From positions 1-38,724 of the forward strand of contig NMRA01001148.1 of the NCBI GenBank assembly GCA_002633005.1: a stretch of 38,724 bases of DNA. The letters run 5' to 3'. This DNA comes from Phoronis australis (taxonomy: Eukaryota > Animalia > Phoronida). The first letter of the stretch is position 1; every line of letters starts with the position of its first letter. Shown in pieces: positions 11,878 to 24,687 of the stretch. The translations under genes were made by a program, and so were the position numbers. A model generated the notes under the pieces. The model ran no database searches and was not told the DNA's origin. It was given only the letters and a program-made list of their open reading frames with translations.

Positions 11878-13194
11878 ATTAAAAGCCGGGCGATAGCCTC
11901 AAAAATAAAAAAGTCATGTTAAATCAACGTTTCATCTATTTATTAGGCCTCATCAGGATATTTCCAAAGGACGACAAGTGCCAAACATACAGCTCAGGTA
12001 ACATCCAAGAAGTGAAGTGAGAGAAACAGGGAATATACATGTAGTCAGTAGCTGGTCATCACCATGAGTAGTTGCAGAGTCACTGAGCTCTGCATGTTGT
12101 TCAGAGAATCAGTAGCATGCTGGTTCTGAATGGCCAATGACTCTTTAATGTACAGTAATTCATTATTAGTTTCTCTGCAGATAACACTAACTGAATTGGC
12201 TTGGTGGTTGTTGCTTACACAATGCCTATATATGTTGTTTTTCTCTGAGGGAGGTTTGATGTTCTTTCAGCTTGTCACAGAGGCGTCTCTGTGTGAGTCT
12301 CATATAGAATTCCTTACAGTTCTCACATTCAGTCTTACAAACAACATGCTTTTGTTCAATAAAGAGATGGTGACTTCAGTTTACACAGCATATTTGAAAG
12401 TCTCTGAAGAGGTTTGAAAACAACTATCAGTTCAATGGCTGGGTCTATGCAATGAATAAGGCGAGAAAATTGGCTATTCAATTTTGTACTACTTGGCGCG
12501 GTGTAACCAAAAGGGAAGAAAACTTTCTTTTTCTCGGGTCCAATAACAGCTACCTTATCCGCCTCATTCATTTTTGAAAGGAAATGCCTTTTACAGCTAT
12601 TTAAAAGATTCAGAGGATAACCATTGGCACGCAGTAACTGGTAAATCCTAGCTACGTCACTATCAAAACTTAAATTGGTGGATCAAATTCTCCAGGCACG
12701 ATGTAACAAGCAATTGACTAGACCTCTCTTGTATTGGATCGGCACAAAACTAACAAATTTAAGATAAAGCCCAGAAAAACTCGGCTTACCATACAGAGAT
12801 GTAACAACTGTGCCATTCTCACGTTTAACCAAGACATCTAGAAAAAGTAGGCCTAAACACGACTCGTGCTCAGATTCACTGGTGAAGTTGATGGATGGAT
12901 GCATATTGTTCATGTGATTGAAAAAGGTGTTGACTGAGCTCTTGGATGAAAACATAACAAACGAATCGTCTACATACCTACGATAAAATTGTGGTTTACA
13001 ATCCCGGTGGACAACTAGCCAGAGCCTCAGTCTCGAGATTGCACATGAAATTATAAGCTAACCCTGGTCCCAGGGGTGGACCCATGGCCAAAAAAGTTAT
13101 CATCAAACAGAAAATGGCTCTATTTAACTGCGATCGTGAGTGACTTACGTAATTGGTTATTGTGGCCAAAAACTGATTTAATAAACAATATCCG
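11878..13194 (-). mobile_element. Penelope/Poseidon-type PLE (RT C-half, decayed GIY-YIG, pLTR) inserted into the LINE B endonuclease
   Basis: AMG.PL, KPQFYRRYVDDSF, HPSINFT..FLDVLV, NGYP, CENC..Y. 12-bp TSD CTCTATATTTAG (11866-11877) / CTCTATGTTTAG (13195-13206). Confidence 0.9.
11923..11959 (-). ncRNA. Hammerhead ribozyme motif (stem II decayed)
   Basis: ATC-CTGATGA-GGCCTAATAAATAGAT-GAAAC-GTT-GAT; homologous to the intact copy at 34792-34828. Confidence 0.65.
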
Positions 13195-14690
13195 CTCTAT
13201 GTTTAGGGAATGTTCATATTTCCCCTCAAGCTTCCAGGCACGTAAATGAACCAAATTATGACAAAATCGAATCCCTGATTGCACAATTTAAGTCTCACAA
13301 TCCAAATAGCAATGTCATGCTGTGCGGTGTCAATGCGCAATCAGCCTCATTAGAAGATTTTGTTAACAATGAGACTGTAGTGCCATTACCTGATGATGAC
13401 CTAAATGATATGGGTTATGAGTACGATGCCCAGATACCGTCACGTGAGTCTCAAGAGAACGAGTGTAATAGTTATGGTCGGTAGTTGTTATACCTTTGTA
13501 AAAGCTGTAGAATTAGAATTCTAAACGGTCACAGTGGTAGTGATGTAGATACCGTTGAATTTAGTTTTATGAATACAAATGGAAGTAGTGTAGTAGACTA
13601 TTAAGTCAGTGAAGAAATTCTGACCTCAGTCATCGATTTTCAAGTCGGCGATCAAGTCGACTCTGCTGATTTTCCGTTGGAAATGATTATAGACGGGGAA
13701 GTGTTGTTTAACTTGCAAGTAAACTCACAATGTCAATAGAAAAGTAAACAGATTCATAATTTGGAAAGATGTAAATAAAAATAATTAGTTTGAAACTTGC
13801 AGTTGGTCGAAGGCAGTGGTTGTCTGGAAAATATGATATCAAGTCTTCAAAGCAACACGAGTAATGTTGACGAGGCCTTAGAGTGGAAGTATAATTTGAT
13901 TGTAAAATCAGGCTTAAGCTCCGATATGAGAAAAAACTGAGCCAGCAAAACGTAGATCAAAACCAGAAACATGGTTTGAAAGAGAATGCCATGGTTATAA
14001 GTTAATAGTACGTAGTTATTTAAGGAAATACAGACAACATGGAACTGGAGAAAATTTGTCAAAATATAGGGAATATAACACGAGATATAAAAATCAATAA
14101 AAACATAACAAAAAATATTCCGTAAAAGACTATCCAAAACACTGTTGGATTCATCTATGAATGAAATTGAAAAACAAATTTGGAACTGTGTGAAAGGTAA
14201 CAAAGAAGAACCGTCTTCAAATATTACACATACACTGTGGTATAACAGTTTTTCAATGTTTATACTTCTCAGATTGGAGACTATGACGTATTTTTCTCTC
14301 AGTTTCATGTATATGTTGAACAGTTTAGACACTTCTTTGAGTCAGAAGAAGCAATGCATAACATGGATGATCAGTCAGTTTTTAATAAAATTATTACTAA
14401 GTTTTGATGAAATAGATAAGTGTACGAATGACATGAAATTGGGTAAAGCTGCTGGAAATGATGGTATTTCGTTGGAATTTTTCAAGTTCGCAACACCCAC
14501 ATTTAAACAGTCTCTCGTTTGTCCGTATAATAAAATTTTTGATACGTGGAATTACCCGTCTCAAAGGAATTCAGGTATCTGGAAATAAGAATGACCCAGA
14601 CAACTACAGAGAATATTTGCCCAGTTGTTATGTAACCGACTACAATCATGGACGGATGCGAACAATACTGTGTTTGAGGCTCAGGCTCCC
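13195..14690 (+). mobile_element. LINE B continued: APE endonuclease, linker, RT N-terminus
   Basis: NVMLCG.NA, NSYGR*LLYLCKSCRIRILNG, NGSSVVDY, MKLGKAAGNDGISLEFFK, NDPDNYR, VFEAQA. Confidence 0.9.
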
Positions 14691-14829
14691 TTTTTGGAAG
14701 AATTGTTGAATAATCGAAATGGCGGGGCAGGTGGAGCTCTCGCCAGATACGATCTGTAGCACCATTCCAAGCAGCGGACAGGGCAAACCTGCCACCTCCG
14801 TTTCTGTTGAGTGACGGGCTGAAGTCTTT

Positions 14830-15420
14830 TGTACAATTTCGCCAAATAATTTCCACTTTTCATGATTCCTCAAGTATCCACCTTTCCGGACGACTATAAT
14901 TTTTGTCTTCGACATATTCATATGAAGCTTCCATTTATTTCAATATTCTTCTGGTTAGGTAATTAATGTTTACATAGCAGTGTCGGTTTCAGCGACTAAA
15001 ACCAAATCATCGGCAAACAACAAATATAAATTCAATATTCCACTATTTACACACGACGCCTGCACATTTTGTAAACCACTTTATAAATCATTTGTAAACA
15101 GCGAGAAGAGAAAGAAGACAACTGAAACCCTTGTCTTTCACCAATCGTAAATTGGAAAAATCGGTTACGTGACCATCTTCATTCAGCAAGACGCAAGACT
15201 TCACATTTTCATACATACTGTTTAGAATTTTATGCTTTTTTCCAAAATTCCAAAACTTGACATTTTATACTTAAGACCCTCTCGCCAGACCCAGTTGAAC
15301 GCTTTTTTAAATTCGACAAAAAGACAATAGAACCGGCCTCTACGATTCAATAGATATTTGTTAATTAATGTATCGAGAATAAACATGTTATTCACTGTGG
15401 AATATCCCTTCCTTGAAAGC
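14830..15420 (-). mobile_element. LINE B RT core, inverted relative to the upstream part
   Basis: RKGYSTVNNMFIL..FYCLFVEFKKAFNWVWR, LLFADDLVL, MNMSKTKIIVVRKGG. Begins exactly where the + strand part stops (QA|GFRKG). Confidence 0.88.
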
Positions 15421-16524
15421 TTTTCAACCATGTTAAAAGACTGGTCTTTGGTAGGCTCAAAATTTGCCCGAAGCTAACAAACGATTCGTACTGGGACGTA
15501 TCGTATTATATAAGCTCTGTGTGTCTGTGAATTGTGCATGTTCTGTATTCAAAACATTTGATTGTCTACGATCTTGAAGATACTTTTCCGCTCCATTTTA
15601 TTAGAATTAAAAACTTCATCAACAAATTTTAACGCAATTTAGTTCAGTCGAAACTTAAGCCTAAATAATGCTCACTCATAATAACTTCACTGAAATATCT
15701 TGAAATGTAAATCTTTATCTATCCACGAAATTTCATAATCAAAGAAATTAAACCTGTTCACCTGCACTATGGTTTCTTCAGCACTAGGGAGCGCTTTAAA
15801 GCAAGGTATTAGCTAGAGTCACTGAATGAGGAATAACCTACAATTTTCATGGAACATGTTGCATAACTGTCTACCTTTGACAGTGTGGTGAATACGCAGA
15901 TTCCGAAGACCCCAGAGCGAGAAACTGCAAACCTCACAAGCAGCAGACGTCGAAAACGCAGAAGGTTGTGACCATGCTCATTCGATAAGAAATTCGTCTA
16001 TTTCCGTGTGACGTTATCATGTGCATTACTGCGTATAGTGTGTAGTACCAAGAAGGCATTTCCAAGAAGGTAATGCCTTCCTGGTCATACGCAAAAGACA
16101 GTCGGGGGTACGGGTTGTTTCGATGACCGTGTTCACCGACACTACATGATTGTCGAACTGATTAAAGCATTCAAAGTATTGTACATGTATTGTCAATCAT
16201 GAACAAAAATTTCAGCGATTTTTAGTTCAAGTTTGACTCATCAAACGAAATAGCTACCTGTGGTACGAACCGCCCACGCAATAACCCGACTGTGTCCCGC
16301 GATCATGTAGGGATGTGGTCAAGGCCAAGAGAATCTTGAATACCGGGAATTAGAGATTCACCAGTTATCAGCATTGTCATGGAGCAGTGAAAGTGAAGAA
16401 CTGTGAGTTTATAAAATTTATGATATTTTTGCATTATGTGAGACCTGCATCCAGGCATGAGAAGGTAATTTCTCAGTCGCACTCGTATTTCCTGATCCCA
16501 GTTTTTTCATCTACCTTATCGGAG

Positions 16525-16790
16525 AAAAGTGCGGTTGCATGAAATAGTCCCAACAGGGACTCGACTAGGTTCCTTAAAGCTACTGCATATTTGTGTACTT
16601 GTAAGAACAGTGATTATCCTTTATGATGCTGCTTTAGTTTCAATAATTTGTCAATTTTTGCTTTGATACAAAGAGACAGTCAATTCTACGTTGAATTCTC
16701 AATATTATTAAAAATAAGTAGGGATCTTTTCATGCAACGCCCATAACTGAAGGACAAGTCCCTATTTATTTTGATGGAACATGAACTCGG
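16525..16790. repeat. Second Crypton-like hairpin remnant
   Basis: Hairpin AAAATAAGTAGGGA...TCCCTATTTATTTT (~16711-16772), plus upstream GTTGCATGAAATAGTCCC complementary to its arm. Confidence 0.4.
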
Positions 16791-17684
16791 ATTTTGTTTA
16801 TGTTATTGGAAAATGTATTCAGTCAAAGCGAAGCTCGTAATAAAGACGAAATGATAGTAAACGATTACATTTGTGACTAAAGAATGACACACATACGCAG
16901 AAGATTTAGGAAGCTTGATTGAGTCCCCAAGCAGCCGGACTCAGGGTCATTACATCTAACTCCAGCTTAGTCCGTATTCCAGACGATACCGGATTCCAGA
17001 GGCTTGATATCAACATTTCTTTTATTAAGCACCTGGCTCAATCTTTTGTCCGATGTCTAGACACGGAATCGCCAATGAGGCACAACAAAAAACGTACTCT
17101 TGCTTGAATTTAGTGATTGTCAAATAAATCATATATCTGATAAGATTGAGAATTACATTTTAAATAATTGATAAATAATACCAACCTTTCCCACTTAACG
17201 AAACTTCGTTGGAAGCGACGTTTCGCCTCCAGTGGGAAAACACTGTAATTTTCTTGCTCATGATAACTAACAATAATGTGTAAGTTAATTGTGATACTTA
17301 GGACTTATAAAGAAACACTGAAACCACAAGTATTTTGTGGCTTCAAAGCTTTTCAGCAAAGTTTTCACCTCCGGTTATTACCCACAGTTATTGTGCAACG
17401 GTATTATTATTTCACTGCATACAAAAGACTAACCACAGACCTAAACAGATACTGTAGGCCACGGGTCGTAGCTCCAGTTTTTTCATCCTGTGACCATGTC
17501 AGAGAGGCAACTTGATTTTTTTCTGTATGGCTAGATATACCATCAAGCAACTGATACCTGAAAAGTTCCCATGTTTTATGTTGCACATTTGTTGTAGAAA
17601 AACAGTTTTTTGTGAGCTCAATTGTTATATTACTGAACAAAAGGGGGCGCTAAATCCAACAAAAAACTAACACAAGATGGCATC

Positions 17685-17935
17685 TTAAGCCAATCACAAG
17701 CTCAGGAATTAAGTAACTGCAGACCTAATCTAATATGGCGGCTCCCTTAGGAGATGCTGTCAATGAATGCTGCATACACTTTCAAGCAGTAACTTCATCG
17801 GATCTGATGAGTTTCTCGAAATTGATATGGTTAAAAAGCATTGACTGTGTGAAAGAATGACTTTCGCTAGGAGATGAAGATAGTAATGAGCACAGTGTGT
17901 GTCACCAGTTGGCATTTGCATCAAGTAACTTCAGG
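17685..17935 (+). pseudogene. Decayed transposase-like ORF start (tentatively Academ-like) with CCAAT box
   Basis: ATG 17735: MAAPLGDAVNECCIHF..SFSKLIWLKSIDCVKE*L. CCAAT lies 45 bp upstream, as in the copy at 2172. Confidence 0.4.
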
Positions 17936-18160
17936 GATTAGCGTGGGCTCCAGGCAGTATCACAAATCATGTTTATAAGCTTACTGACGTTACAAAGATT
18001 GAAAGAGCAAAAAGGATAGATTGCGAAACTANNNNNNNNNNNNNNNNCCCCCCCCCCCCGATTATGACCAAGATGATGATGAGTGTTATTTGTTTCTGGG
18101 AGTATGATAAATTTACGCAAATCACTGTTTCAGTGACAACGGTAGTCAGTGCCTAAATGG

Positions 18161-18390
18161 GAAACAGGTCATTTGAAACCCAAGTCAACTCGTACCCAAG
18201 TCAAATTTCAAAAGTAGTTCAAAACAATTTAAAGCAGTGAATAAAATCAATCAATCATGATATATTTATGAAGAACGACTCAATATTACCAATTATTTAG
18301 TGGATGAAAATGAAAATTTATTAGTTATGTTTTTAGCACGGGTACTAGTTGACTTGGGTGCGAGTTGGCTAAGGTACGAACTGACTGGAA
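18161..18390. mobile_element. MITE with ~16-bp subterminal repeats
   Basis: CCCAAGTCAACTCGTACCCAAGTCAA on the left; inverted GGGTACTAGTTGACTTGGGTGCGAGTTG on the right; AT-rich centre. Confidence 0.7.
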
Positions 18391-18654
18391 AGCCCTCATA
18401 TGAACAACTGGTAAAAAGACTGTGTTCCCTGGACTCGGTGTCTGGCCTGCTTGTGTTTGAATCGAGCATCCAGGTAATTCATTGAATAACAGGCCCGTGT
18501 GATGCCATTCAAATGCAGGTAAGACACATAACCCAATAACAAGATGAACATTTTGTTCTGTGTACATTGTTCTTATCCCAGTAACCATCACTCTGGACAT
18601 GGTGTAAGATATCTATCAAAATTATACTTTTTGTAATGTCCAGGGGAGGGGGAG

Positions 18655-18780
18655 AGTTAATTTCCATACTCAAAGCTCAACCCGAAAATTGACCAATTGC
18701 ATGTCACAATTCAGGTAAATTCACTTGAATTGTGCACTGTGGATAGTTAGGCTTTGAGTCTGAGTTTGGAGATTACGCCC
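18655..18780. repeat. Palindromic MITE-like element
   Basis: ACTCAAAGC / GCTTTGAGT arms and a central hairpin CACAATTCA(G)GT...ACTTGAATTGTG. Confidence 0.5.
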
Positions 18781-19423
18781 TGGGCCCAGGTGATTGTCCA
18801 TCAATGTAAGTATTAACTACAGAATGCACCTATATCCGGAGCACCACCTTTACATTTTCAAGATTTTACTCACAGGTTTTTTCTAAAAGGTGCATAGGTG
18901 CCTGAATTGCAGATGTAGGTGCAGCTTCACATACAATGTATATGGTCGAAGCATCACGAAACATATCGCAAATATTTTGAGAACAGTCATTTTTATTGAG
19001 TTTCTACTCATTCAACACAGTTTGTTGAAGGCTTGCTTACAAATTAATTGTGTGCAGTGTTGTTGGAACACTATCTTCAAAGTTACACTTTTATGTGTTG
19101 TTTAAAATAACAAAATTTATTTGAAGGAATGTGCAATTAAGAATGCTTGCATGATTGTAAAGACATGTGTGCATATATGAAATTATATATTAATTTTCAA
19201 ACAAAAATTTGTTTTCAAGACCATTTTGCATACAAACCCACTTTTGCTTTGATGTTGTGGAGCAACGAATAATATCGCATGGGGAAATATTGCATCTGAC
19301 TCTGTTAAAGTCACTTCTCGAGGAAATTTTATCCAAAAGAGGTTGTGTTCAAGCACCAGAGGAATTGACTGATATGTTTCAGTGTCCAAATCGTACCCGA
19401 CAAGGTTCCATGCTTACTCCATT

Positions 19424-20870
19424 TATATATCAAAACGCTAAAATAAGGTCAAAAGAGGTCGCTAACTCCCGTCCCAACCCGACGCCTCCTTCCTCTTCTT
19501 TCCCGCGACTTAAAATCGCCGGGTTCTGCGGCGGCGACAAAACCCCCGGCGTGTTTTCTTCCTTTGTCTTGCTGAGTCGCGGCTTCAGTCATCCGGCCAT
19601 AACAACCTGTATTTACCGTTTACGCCTACTAGGTAGGCAGCTCGCTAAATATTCGGCGGCGAGAGAAATCGAAGAAACGATGTAAACGTTGAATAATATT
19701 CCAAAATTCGAATCAAACGAAAGCGTGGCCTTGACAGACAAATTGCCCTCTGGAATGAGTCTGGCAGAAACCGAAAAATGATCCTCCCAAAAATTAGCTA
19801 GCTCATACACTCGAAGTATCGCAAAAACAATTCCATGTGATTCAATACTTGTCAGTGATCACTAAATGCCCTATGACTGACAAAATACACTCTGGGTTAT
19901 GCCCGACAGAAACTCCCAAAAATGTCAACCACGGTATGCCATTGAAGAGCTGGATTAGATATTCGCGGTACCAACTAAACTGGGTGAATGAGTCGTGTCT
20001 TTCACCTTGTTCTCTAGTTTGAAATGTTTCTGAATTAAAATGGCTTCTATCCTGCAATTGAATTTGAGCCCAAAATTCAAAATTCTTCTACTATTAATGA
20101 CCATAATATCCCACACTACAGGACTGATTCCACAACAGGACTCTCGTAACGAACGCCGAAATGAATGATTAAAACAGGCAACCCGAAAGTGTTGACTCGT
20201 TGGACTACTACGAAGACGAACTAAAATCAGGAAATCCCCGGCGTAACAGTGCATGTATGGGCATAGGTTCGCTTCTTGCAAAAATAGAGAAAATGTGGAT
20301 CTATCTGCACTAAAGACTGGAATAAAGATTGAGATCTTGACCATTTAAAAGTACTTTTAGCGGAATGAATGCCGAGAGAAACTCGCACAGTCCAGTGGTA
20401 GTGGTTTCCCAGTGTGTGAAGGGACGCAACAGCAGCTCACAGAGTACTCGTACGCGGCGAAGAACAGGTGCGAGTAAAATGCTAAGGCCGCGCATTCGCT
20501 TCACTCGAATTTAGAAAAACAATTAAACATTTACACCGTTTCCTCTATTCTATTTCTCTCGCCTCAGAATATTTAGCACGCAGCCTAGTAGACGTTGACA
20601 GTAAACACAGGTGACGGACGAATACTTACGAATACTAATTTCGGCTAAGAGAAAGAAGCGCGTTCGCCGGATCGAAATCTCCTTGGTTGCACTCATGTTC
20701 CCTTCCCCCTAGTGGACACGTAAGAAACCAGCAAGAATGGAGATTGACGGCCTGAAACCAGGACTCAGAAAAACAAAAAAACGCCAATATTTTGTGACTG
20801 CAGGACCTGGCGCTTTTCCATCGCGGGAACGAAAGGGAAAGAGGCGTCGGGTAGGTCGGGCGTACCTTCC
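19424..20870. mobile_element. Pair of inverted ~300-bp repeats (19424-19720 and ~20495-20870), probable long-TIR DNA element
   Basis: GGCGAGAGAAATCGAAGAAACGATGTAAACGTTGAATAA vs inverted TTTACACCGTTTCC..ATTTCTCTCGCC; CGACGCCTC..TTCCCGCGA vs TCGCGGGAA..GAGGCGTCG. Confidence 0.65.
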
Positions 20871-20989
20871 GAAGTTTCCCAATGCAATGATTTTATTGTA
20901 TTGTGCAAGCACAGTGCATAGACTACAGCACCAGCCCCATCTATTGTCAGATTATTATAATCTTAGAGGTTTGAAAGTAATAGAGGGAA

Positions 20990-21574
20990 ATATCGTAAAG
21001 AGGTATTGTTCTGTTAACACCATAAGGAGCCAGCTGATGAATGTGAAAGACAAGACCACGAAAGAGAAAACATCAAATGTGTTGTATGGCGTTTCATGCT
21101 CGGAACCAGGGTGTGGGAAATCATTCATTGGGGAAACCAAACAAGCCCTAAAAAGTCGTATCAACCAACATCGTAGGCCCAGTTATGGGGACTGCTATGA
21201 TTCTGCAGTTTTTTGTCATATAGCTTCCACAGACCACTCTTTCGCCATGGAAGATGTCAAGATCCTAGATGGAGGGGAAAATTGGTTTAGGAGAGGGGTC
21301 AAAGAAGCTATTCACGAGAGAATTGAGAATCCTAGCCTCAACAGACAGGGGGGTTGAGGTTTCTCTTACCTAGGACGAGAGACAGGGCGCTGAAGAGGAT
21401 CCCGCGAAAACTGTGCGACAGATCACATGACGAGTCACGTGACAACTCAGTGGCCTGATGAAGTCCTCGACAGGAGGACGTAACGTAGCCATCTCTATGT
21501 AACAGTAAGTTCAGTAACAGATTTATTAATTTTTCTACCTTATTACAACAACTGGATGACCGAAAACATTCATC
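20990..21574 (+). mobile_element. 5'-truncated Poseidon-type PLE: GIY-YIG endonuclease and pLTR
   Basis: KDKTTKEKTSNVLYGVSCSEPGCGKSFIGETKQALKSRINQH..SAVFCH..RGVKEAIHERIENPSLNRQGG; hammerhead downstream; ends at n21575. Confidence 0.9.
21451..21491 (+). ncRNA. Hammerhead ribozyme motif with GAAA>GTAA core mutation
   Basis: TGGC-CTGATGA-A-GTCCTC-GACAG-GAGGAC-GTAAC-GTA-GCCA. Confidence 0.75.
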
Positions 21575-24319
21575 NCACATTTCTTCACGCCTTTGCTGTT
21601 TAATTTTTTGCGGCCGCCAAGAGTTGGGGGTGAGCCTTCAATCCGTCTATGTATCACCTACCTTTGCCATGTAAATACTTGATAAACGACATTGTCTGTC
21701 ATTACTTGGTTCAGAAATTTCGGGCTTTGATAAAAAACTGTATTGAATCTGTGCAGGTAATGGATTTCAAATACGTTCTGAATAACACGTCAGTTCCGGT
21801 AGCAACCTGGTAGTCCTTTATATACAGTTTCTGACAAAACTAATCAAAGTTTAATTACAACTACTGGATAAGAGGTCAAGGATACGTGCATTGTCAAGAT
21901 CAATCGCATGCTGAGTAGCCACCGAAAGACGATAGATGGCACTGTTGTCATGTGTTTTATGTTCGTTTATCCGTTGACTGAGACGCCAACAAAAAATTCT
22001 GTGCAATCCCTACAGTCAATCTGTTTGAAAGGCACGTATTAGGGATTTATGATATTTTTTCTAAAGCACTTGTGTTGGAGAAAGGGGGTAGGCCTATTGT
22101 ATAAGGTACACCGCGAGCACTTGTTGATAAACAATTTTGCGTTTTATTGACATTGGACACTTGTGTTGGAATGCCTAGGAACCTCAGTCGATAATTGTGC
22201 CGGGTACCTGACATTGTCAAGACGGTGCTCCCTGATGCTCTACCTTTGCAATGTGTTCAATATGCGTGCAGCTTCATAATAACTTTTCAAAGGATGAATG
22301 TCTTGTCTACATGGCAAAATGCCGAACATGGTTGACCGAGTTCCATTTGAAGATTATGACGCAATAGTTGGAGACCCTGATTTTATTGAAAATCTCTCAC
22401 AAACAGAACTTCATCACCACTATTTTGAAACTATTTGAGCATAATGTTATTTGTCGAGTCTCAGGTTCATGACATGGGCAACACCTCTTTCCGAGGCTTG
22501 TCGAGGAATTCTGACGACATTTTTAAAGGTTTTGCCCATGTCGTAAACCTGGGACAAGTGTAACTCACATCATGAAACGTAAAAATGATCTTTATTCATG
22601 AAAAACTAGACGTGTCTAAAACTTTCAACCGCATGACGCAACTTTTCTACAAACACACTAATGGTTAATGTAAAGTAACCTCAATTACTTTTTGTTAATG
22701 GTTTTATTTTAAACTTAACAATTGTAAATTGCATTCACCTTTTGCAGGAAATGTTCAAGCTAGACTCTAATAAATACTCTTTCAAGTTGTAATATTAAAA
22801 CTTAACACGTTTATAAATACCACAGCCAGTAGGGCTTTTCCGCGTGTTTTGATTTGTATTAAGCCACGGCATTCAATTTGTCACCTACGTGTGAGTTGAT
22901 AACATCTTATACGTGTTTGGTTCTGAATCATCACTTTTGACTGTAAAATAACTTATTGTGTACGAAAACGATTTATTTATATTCGTAATCCTATTTATAT
23001 TTGAAACATATCATTGTAATCTTAACATTAGTTTATCAAATTATGTACGTGTGTAAAATAGCATATAGATTTCGTTGTATTGTACTGTTTAGACCAGATA
23101 CAATGCCTCTTGGCGCTTTTTGTGTATATACAATTATTGTATTGACTATTTCATAATTCACATTCAAGAAAAAGAATGACTGCTAAGCTGAACGGGAATC
23201 AGCTTTCGTTGTGTTTACGCTAGACATGGGGAGTTGCCCTGTTGATGCATGCCTCTATTAGGAAAAAAATACCACGTAAAAGCTGTGCTGATATCAAATA
23301 TATTTTAATTATCATTTGTTATTATCATCATTTTTTGTTCTTAAATATCACATTTCATTTCTTGTTGAATGTCCATGTTTAGTTATTTCGCCGTGTGAGG
23401 GTGATACAACCACGAAGTACATGCACGCAATGTGTCTTTATTACCATACCTAAAATTCACATGTACAAATGAATGAATCTAAGTTTTACATGTGTAATTT
23501 TAGTGAACAAAGTCCTCAATTAAACTATCTTGGTACTATTCCTATAATAGTAAAGCCTGCAGACGATTGCTCTACGAACAGATTGTGGCAAAGTTGCCTT
23601 GTAATACAGCAACTTCTCTGAGACACATGTCTCAGTCACACGCTGCATTGTCTTCCAGCAAATGAAATCTAATACACACCTCTTTTAACATATCCAGTAC
23701 ATAACCCTGTATTGTACGCATATCTTCAAATGATGTTAGACCGGGTACACAGAGGAAAAGTATTGGCGTAGGCAGAAAAATTCAATGTCCTTCGGTCGAC
23801 AGGCAGAGTAAGTACGCCCAATAAAATTCTTGCCCCCTATTTTCCTATTATGAAGATTTGAACCAGTAACTAAGATTTTTAAAGAATTATTTACCAAAAA
23901 GGCATTTCCAATCTTGAGTTGTTTTTTGAAGTAACCAGTACCTGTAAACGAGAAAAAAAAACTAAGATCAAGAACAATTGATAGCGCTTTTGATAGGTCA
24001 GTGTTGTCCACCATCAGTTTTAGCGCTTCAACAGGATTGCCCGATGCTCCGCTGTGCTTTTTAATAACCTGCAACATACGGGCTTTATTTGCCCATAAAA
24101 ATAATGTCTACCAGATGGAGCAGTCCAGTTAGCATTTCTAACAGGTTTGGATTTTCAGTTGTGGAGAACCTAGCACGCCAGCTAGCTGTATGAAGACTAT
24201 CGTCAAAATACAGATAGATACCACTGAGTGTTGAGCTCCGTTTGAGACACCGAAATTGCTCACCGCCCGGGTAGTCATAAAACTTACGTCAGCCTGTAGC
24301 ACTAACTACCAACGGTTTC

Positions 24320-24687
24320 CTGGTAAAACGTCGAGGCATTCGCTTGACTTGAAGTTTCTAAAATTATTCAACGTTTACATCGTTCCTTCCATTTCTCTCG
24401 CCGCGGAATATTGAGCACGCAACTTAGTAGGCGTAAACGATAAACGAAGGCTGCGGACGAATACCTCCAAATAGCAACCTTTGGCTTCGAGAAGCATATT
24501 TATCACGACTCGGTAATAAAAAGGAAAAAAACGCCGGAGTTTTGCGGCCGCCCCAGAATCATGCGCTTTTCCGTCGCGGGAACGAAGGGGAAGTAGGGGC
24601 GGGTGACCGCACGTCCGCTCTTGAGCTGTTTTTGTCCGATGGACTCGAAGCAAACATCCGGGCCTCTTTTTAGCGTTTTAATATATA
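24320..24687. repeat. Third copy of the 19.4/20.5-kb repeat arm, with terminus
   Basis: Collinear with 20495-20870. Ends CTCTTTTTAGCGTTTTAATATATA, approximately the reverse complement of TATATATCAAAACGCTAAAATAAG at 19424. Confidence 0.75.

Noticed and set aside
17183-17238. Additional hammerhead (GAAACGTC on the minus strand)
   Set aside because: No CUGANGA-type core upstream; at most a half motif or small hairpin.
18032-18059. N-run with poly-C (also poly-G with n at 36847-36872) as G-quadruplex elements
   Set aside because: Adjacent to gaps, so homopolymer lengths are unreliable.
19209-19685. Similar ORF ends (KYSAAREIEETM / QYSAAREMEGTM at 24375) as a gene family
   Set aside because: Explained by translating copies of the same non-coding repeat arm.
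20737-20990. N-terminal part of the 206-aa ORF as a novel domain fused to GIY-YIG
   Set aside because: It is read-through from a non-coding repeat arm and flank into a 5'-truncated PLE.
23736-24077. 113-aa ORF or a 47-bp internal exon (23895-23941)
   Set aside because: No recognisable motif and no partner exons; splice-like signals are common by chance in AT-rich DNA.
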